A DNA stretch of 64,000 nucleotides from Acidimicrobiales bacterium. Its GTDB lineage: Bacteria > Actinomycetota > Acidimicrobiia > Acidimicrobiales > GCA-2861595. The position numbers and the translations under genes were made by a program. The stretch is taken from positions 463 through 64,462 of the forward strand of contig DATLFN010000058.1 in NCBI GenBank assembly GCA_035540975.1, in the 5' to 3' direction. Under the pieces are notes generated by a model that did no database searches, was not told where the DNA came from, and was given only the letters and a program-made list of their open reading frames with translations. Shown one piece after another: positions 60,683 through 64,000 of the stretch. Position 1 is the stretch's first letter; each line of letters starts with the position of its first letter.

Positions 60683-61522
60683 TTACGGGTGTGCCGCCCG
60701 GTTCTGGTCCGGGTAGAGCACTTCCCACAGGCACAGGCCGTGGGGCGGGGCGGGCTTGGCCGCCTGCGAGCGGTCCCGGGCGCGGAGGATGGAGGTCATC
60801 TCCCCGGCTCGCCGGCGCCCCCTCCCCACCGAGACCAGGGTGCCGACCAGCGAGCGGACCATCTGGTGGCAGAACGCCGACGACTCGATGTCGAAGCGCA
60901 GCAGGCCCTGCCCCAGGTCGACCCAGCGGGCGTCGCGGACGGTCCGCACCAGCGAGGCAGGCGGGTCGTCGGCCCCGGCGTCGGCCGGCTCGGGCGGTCG
61001 GCGGCAGAAGGAGGACCAGTCGTGCTCGCCGATCAGGGCGTCGCACGCCAGGGTCATGGACCGCAGGTCGAGGGGGTCGGCGACGTGCCAGGCGGTGGTG
61101 GCCAGGAAGGGGTCGGGCAGCGGCCGGTTGAGCACCGTGTAGCGGTAGCGGCGGCCGGTGGCCCACCGGCGGGCGTCGAACCCGGGCGGACCGACATCCA
61201 CCGACCGGACGACCACGGCGGGGGCCAGCATCTTGTTGAGCGACCGCTGGACGCCGGCGGTGTCGGGCTCGTCGACGGCGTCGAACGAGACGACCTGCCC
61301 CCAGGCGTGGACGCCGGCGTCGGTCCGGCCGGCACAGGTCAGCGCCACCTCGTGCCCGAGCACCTTGGCCAGGGCGTCGCCCAGGTCGCCGGCGACCGTC
61401 CGCACGCCACGGTTGACGGCGAACCCGCGGTACCCCGTGCCGTCGTAGGCGACGACCATCCGCACCCGCACGCCCTCGGAGGGCGGCACGGGTCTGCCGG
61501 GCTCGTGGTCGAAGAGGGTCAC
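60683..61522 (-). CDS. truA: tRNA pseudouridine(38-40) synthase TruA, about 279 aa
   Basis: VAYDGTGYRGF...AGRTDAGVHA (catalytic Asp)...RYRY. The start is uncertain: GTG at 61522, or GTG/ATG at 61471 or 61459. Confidence 0.85.
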   Translation of the reverse strand: MTLFDHEPGRPVPPSEGVRVRMVVAYDGTGYRGFAVNRGVRTVAGDLGDALAKVLGHEVALTCAGRTDAGVHAWGQVVSFDAVDEPDTAGVQRSLNKMLAPAVVVRSVDVGPPGFDARRWATGRRYRYTVLNRPLPDPFLATTAWHVADPLDLRSMTLACDALIGEHDWSSFCRRPPEPADAGADDPPASLVRTVRDARWVDLGQGLLRFDIESSAFCHQMVRSLVGTLVSVGRGRRRAGEMTSILRARDRSQAAKPAPPHGLCLWEVLYPDQNRAAHP

Positions 61523-61700
61523 GGAAGGGGCCGCCGGGCCGGCGGCCGCCGAAGCCGCCGCAGGCGGCCTGCCCGGCTGCCGGCGACGGAGGGCGCGGGG
61601 GGCGCCGCCCCCCGCATTGGTACCGAGCGGAGGGCGGCCGGCGAGCCGGCCGACCGGAGCACCGTCGACTCGCCGAGCAGGCTCTGCTTGCGACGGCGAA

Positions 61701-62060
61701 CTAGACGAGCTCGATGCGCGCCATGGGGGCGTTGTCACCGTGGCGCGGGCCCAGCTTCAGGATGCGGGTGTAGCCGCCCGGACGATCGGCGTAGCGGGGG
61801 CCGATGTCGTCGAAGAGCTTGTGGGCCATGTCCTTGTCCCGGATGAACGACACCACCTGGCGATGGCGGTGGACGCCGCCCTTCTTGGCCTTGGTGATGA
61901 CCTTCTCCACGACCGGCCGGAGCTGCTTGGCCTTGGCCTCGGTGGTGACGATGGCCTCGGCGGCGACCAGCGAGGCGACCAGGTTGCCCAGCATGGCCTT
62001 CTGGTGGGCGGCGTCGCCGCCCAGCCGCCGGCCCTTCTTGGGTGCGCCGGGAACGCCCAT
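61701..62060 (-). CDS. rplQ: 50S ribosomal protein L17, 119 aa
   Basis: [21 protein letters not shown]...[21 protein letters not shown]...GGYTRI. Confidence 0.95.
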   Translation of the reverse strand: MGVPGAPKKGRRLGGDAAHQKAMLGNLVASLVAAEAIVTTEAKAKQLRPVVEKVITKAKKGGVHRHRQVVSFIRDKDMAHKLFDDIGPRYADRPGGYTRILKLGPRHGDNAPMARIELV

Positions 62061-62065
62061 CGCCG

Positions 62066-63010
62066 CTACTCCCCGCCCTTGGTGCGCAGCGCCAGGCCCC
62101 GCTCGTCCAGCTTCTGGAGCACCTCGTCGAGCGACTTCTGGCCGAAGTTGGTGATGGCCAGCAGGTCGTCCACCGTCTTCTGGACCAGCTCGCCGACGGT
62201 GTTGACCTGGGCGCGCTTCAGGCAGTTGCGCGGGCGCTCGGACAGGTCGAGGTCCTCGATGGGAAGGTCGAGGTCGGGCGAGCCGGTGGTGGCCGAGCTG
62301 ACGTCGCCCAGCTCGAGGCCCTGGGGGCTCTCGCTCATGTCGGCGACCAGGCCCACCAGCGAACGGAGCGTCTCGCCGGCCGAGGCGAGCGCCTCGCGCG
62401 GCGAGATCGAGCCGTCGGTCTCGATGTCGAGCACCAGGCGGTCGAAGTTGGTGGACTGCTCGACCCGGGTGGGCTCGATGGTGAAGGCGACGCGGCGCAC
62501 GGGCGAGAAGATCGAGTCGATCGGGAGCACGCCGATGGTGGCCGAGCGCTTGTTGCGGTCGGCCGACACGTAGCCCCGGCCCTTCTCCACGAACAGGTCG
62601 AGGGCCAGGCGCCCCTTGCTGTTCAGGGTGGCGATGTGCAGGTCGGGGTTGAGGACCTCCACGTCGTTGGCCGGCTGGATGTCCCGGGCCGTGACGGTGG
62701 CCGGGCCGCGCGCGTCGATGCGCAGGGTGACGTCCTCGTCGGTGTCCACCCGCAGCACCAGGTCCTTCAGGTTGAGGATGAGGTCGGTGACGTCCTCCTT
62801 CACCCCCGGCAGGGTGGCGAACTCGTGGAGGGCGTCGTCGAAGCGGACCTGGGTGACCGCCGACCCCGGGATCGCCGACAGCAGCGTGCGCCGGAGCGAG
62901 TTCCCGATGGTGTGCCCGAAGCCGGGCTCGAGCGGACCGACGGCGAACGACTGACGGTTGTTCTCCTCCTCGGTCACCGCCTCGACGGTGGGGCGTTGGA
63001 TGATCAGCAC
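62066..63010 (-). CDS. rpoA: DNA-directed RNA polymerase alpha subunit, 314 aa
   Basis: (V)LIIQRPTVE...[21 protein letters not shown]...C-terminal domain [26 protein letters not shown] at 63008-63010 lies 6 nt after AAGGAG, so the track ORF was trimmed by 11 codons. Confidence 0.95.
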   Translation of the reverse strand: MLIIQRPTVEAVTEEENNRQSFAVGPLEPGFGHTIGNSLRRTLLSAIPGSAVTQVRFDDALHEFATLPGVKEDVTDLILNLKDLVLRVDTDEDVTLRIDARGPATVTARDIQPANDVEVLNPDLHIATLNSKGRLALDLFVEKGRGYVSADRNKRSATIGVLPIDSIFSPVRRVAFTIEPTRVEQSTNFDRLVLDIETDGSISPREALASAGETLRSLVGLVADMSESPQGLELGDVSSATTGSPDLDLPIEDLDLSERPRNCLKRAQVNTVGELVQKTVDDLLAITNFGQKSLDEVLQKLDERGLALRTKGGE

Positions 63011-63089
63011 GACGTACTCCTTTGGCCGGCGGGGGCCCGGCACGCTTCCCTGGTTTGGTCCGTCTCCCGGCCCGAGCCGGGGGCACGGG

Positions 63090-63716
63090 TTACTTCGAGT
63101 AGAGCTCCACGATCAGCTGCTCGCGCACGGGGACGTCGATGTGCTCGCGCAGCGGGAGGTCGCGCAGGGTGACCTCGAACCCCTCGGCGCCCGCCTCGAG
63201 CCACGGCGGGACCTGGCGGTCGAGGGTGTCGACGTTGTGGCGGATGACGATCATCTCCCGCGACTTCGCCTTCAGGGCCACCGTGTCGCCCTTGCGGAGG
63301 CGGTAGCTCGGGATGTCGACCCGCTTGCCGTTGACCAGGACGTGGCCGTGGCGGACGAACTGGCGGGACTGGCTGCGGCTGGCGCCCCAGCCCGCTCGGT
63401 ACACGACGTTGTCGAGGCGGAGCTCGAGCATGCGAAGCAGGTTCTCGCCGGTGATCCCGGACTGGCGGGTCGCCTCCTCGTAGAGGTTGGCGAACTGCTT
63501 CTCCAGCACGCCGTAGATCCGGCGGGCCTTCTGCTTCTCGCGAAGCTGGCCGAGGTACTCCGAGCCCTGACGCATGCGGTCACGGCCGTGCTCCCCAGGG
63601 GGGTAGGGCCGGCGCTCGATCGGGCACTTCATCGAGTCGCACTTGGGGCCCTTCAGGAACAGCTTCATCTTCTCGCGCCGGCAAAGGCGGCACACGGGAC
63701 CGGTGTAACGGGCCAT
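63090..63716 (-). CDS. rpsD: 30S ribosomal protein S4
   Basis: [23 protein letters not shown]...YGVLEKQF...S4 domain [10 protein letters not shown]. Confidence 0.97.
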   Translation of the reverse strand: MARYTGPVCRLCRREKMKLFLKGPKCDSMKCPIERRPYPPGEHGRDRMRQGSEYLGQLREKQKARRIYGVLEKQFANLYEEATRQSGITGENLLRMLELRLDNVVYRAGWGASRSQSRQFVRHGHVLVNGKRVDIPSYRLRKGDTVALKAKSREMIVIRHNVDTLDRQVPPWLEAGAEGFEVTLRDLPLREHIDVPVREQLIVELYSK

Positions 63717-63729
63717 TGGTTCTCCTCCC

Positions 63730-64000
63730 TCAGACCCGGCGCCGCTTCTTGGGGCGGCAGCCGTTGTGGGGGATCGGGGTGACGTCCTTGATGCCGGAGA
63801 CCTCCAGGCCGGTCTGCTGGAGCGAGCGGATGGCCGTCTCCCGGCCCGACCCGGGACCCTTCACCAGGACGTCGACCTTGCGCATCCCGTGCTCCATGGC
63901 GCGCCGGGCACATGCCTCGGCCGCCAGCTGGGCGGCGAACGGCGTCGACTTGCGGGAGCCCTTGAACCCCACGTTGCCGGCCGACGCCCACGCGATGACG
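63730..64000 (-). CDS. rpsK: 30S ribosomal protein S11, 3' part (5' end beyond the right edge)
   Basis: ...[28 protein letters not shown]...[13 protein letters not shown]...[16 protein letters not shown]. The frame is open to position 64000. Confidence 0.9.
   Translation of the reverse strand, partial: VIAWASAGNVGFKGSRKSTPFAAQLAAEACARRAMEHGMRKVDVLVKGPGSGRETAIRSLQQTGLEVSGIKDVTPIPHNGCRPKKRRRV

Overview
This is a high-GC (by eye over 70 percent) actinobacterial-type chromosomal segment. Every supported gene except ilvA is on the minus strand. The flanks are a conserved housekeeping neighbourhood: rpsK-rpsD-rpoA-rplQ-truA, then rplM-rpsI-glmM-glmS-acpS-nnr-alr, then tsaE-tsaB-rimI-tsaD-groES-groEL, then guaB3-guaA-arsR. 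Many of these genes are joined by 4-nt start/stop overlaps. The centre of the window (10328-48121, 59 percent of it) is one uninterrupted minus-strand ORF of 37,794 nt encoding a 12,597-aa giant protein. The protein reads as follows: a Sec-type signal peptide; a small HExxHxxGxxH (metzincin-like) module; a Thr/Pro linker; about 5,700 residues of cysteine-free Ala/Ser/Thr/Val/Gly repeats with a hierarchical 1-, 2- and 4-unit periodicity (eight ~750-bp super-repeats at DNA level); two families of ~40-50-aa mini-modules; beta-sandwich domains; dispersed GGxGxD calcium motifs; two LamG-like domains; a Pro10 hinge; two Calx-beta-like domains; a second paralogous HExxHxxGxxH module; and a disordered tail. 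Together with a family-4 uracil-DNA glycosylase, this gene interrupts the otherwise conserved alr|tsaE junction. I could not assign the repeat core to a named family by eye, and it is the main candidate for something undescribed. Secondary observations are a double-length GlmS-like protein (1,133 aa), a perfect CIRCE operator, a small conserved-looking ORF after groEL, a palindrome next to arsR, and a possible coupled upstream ORF in front of the giant gene. The very long plus-strand and off-frame ORFs in the track are GC-rich shadow frames and are rejected. Limits: all domain calls are by eye without HMMs, several start codons are inferred, and no tRNA, rRNA, CRISPR or mobile-element genes were seen.
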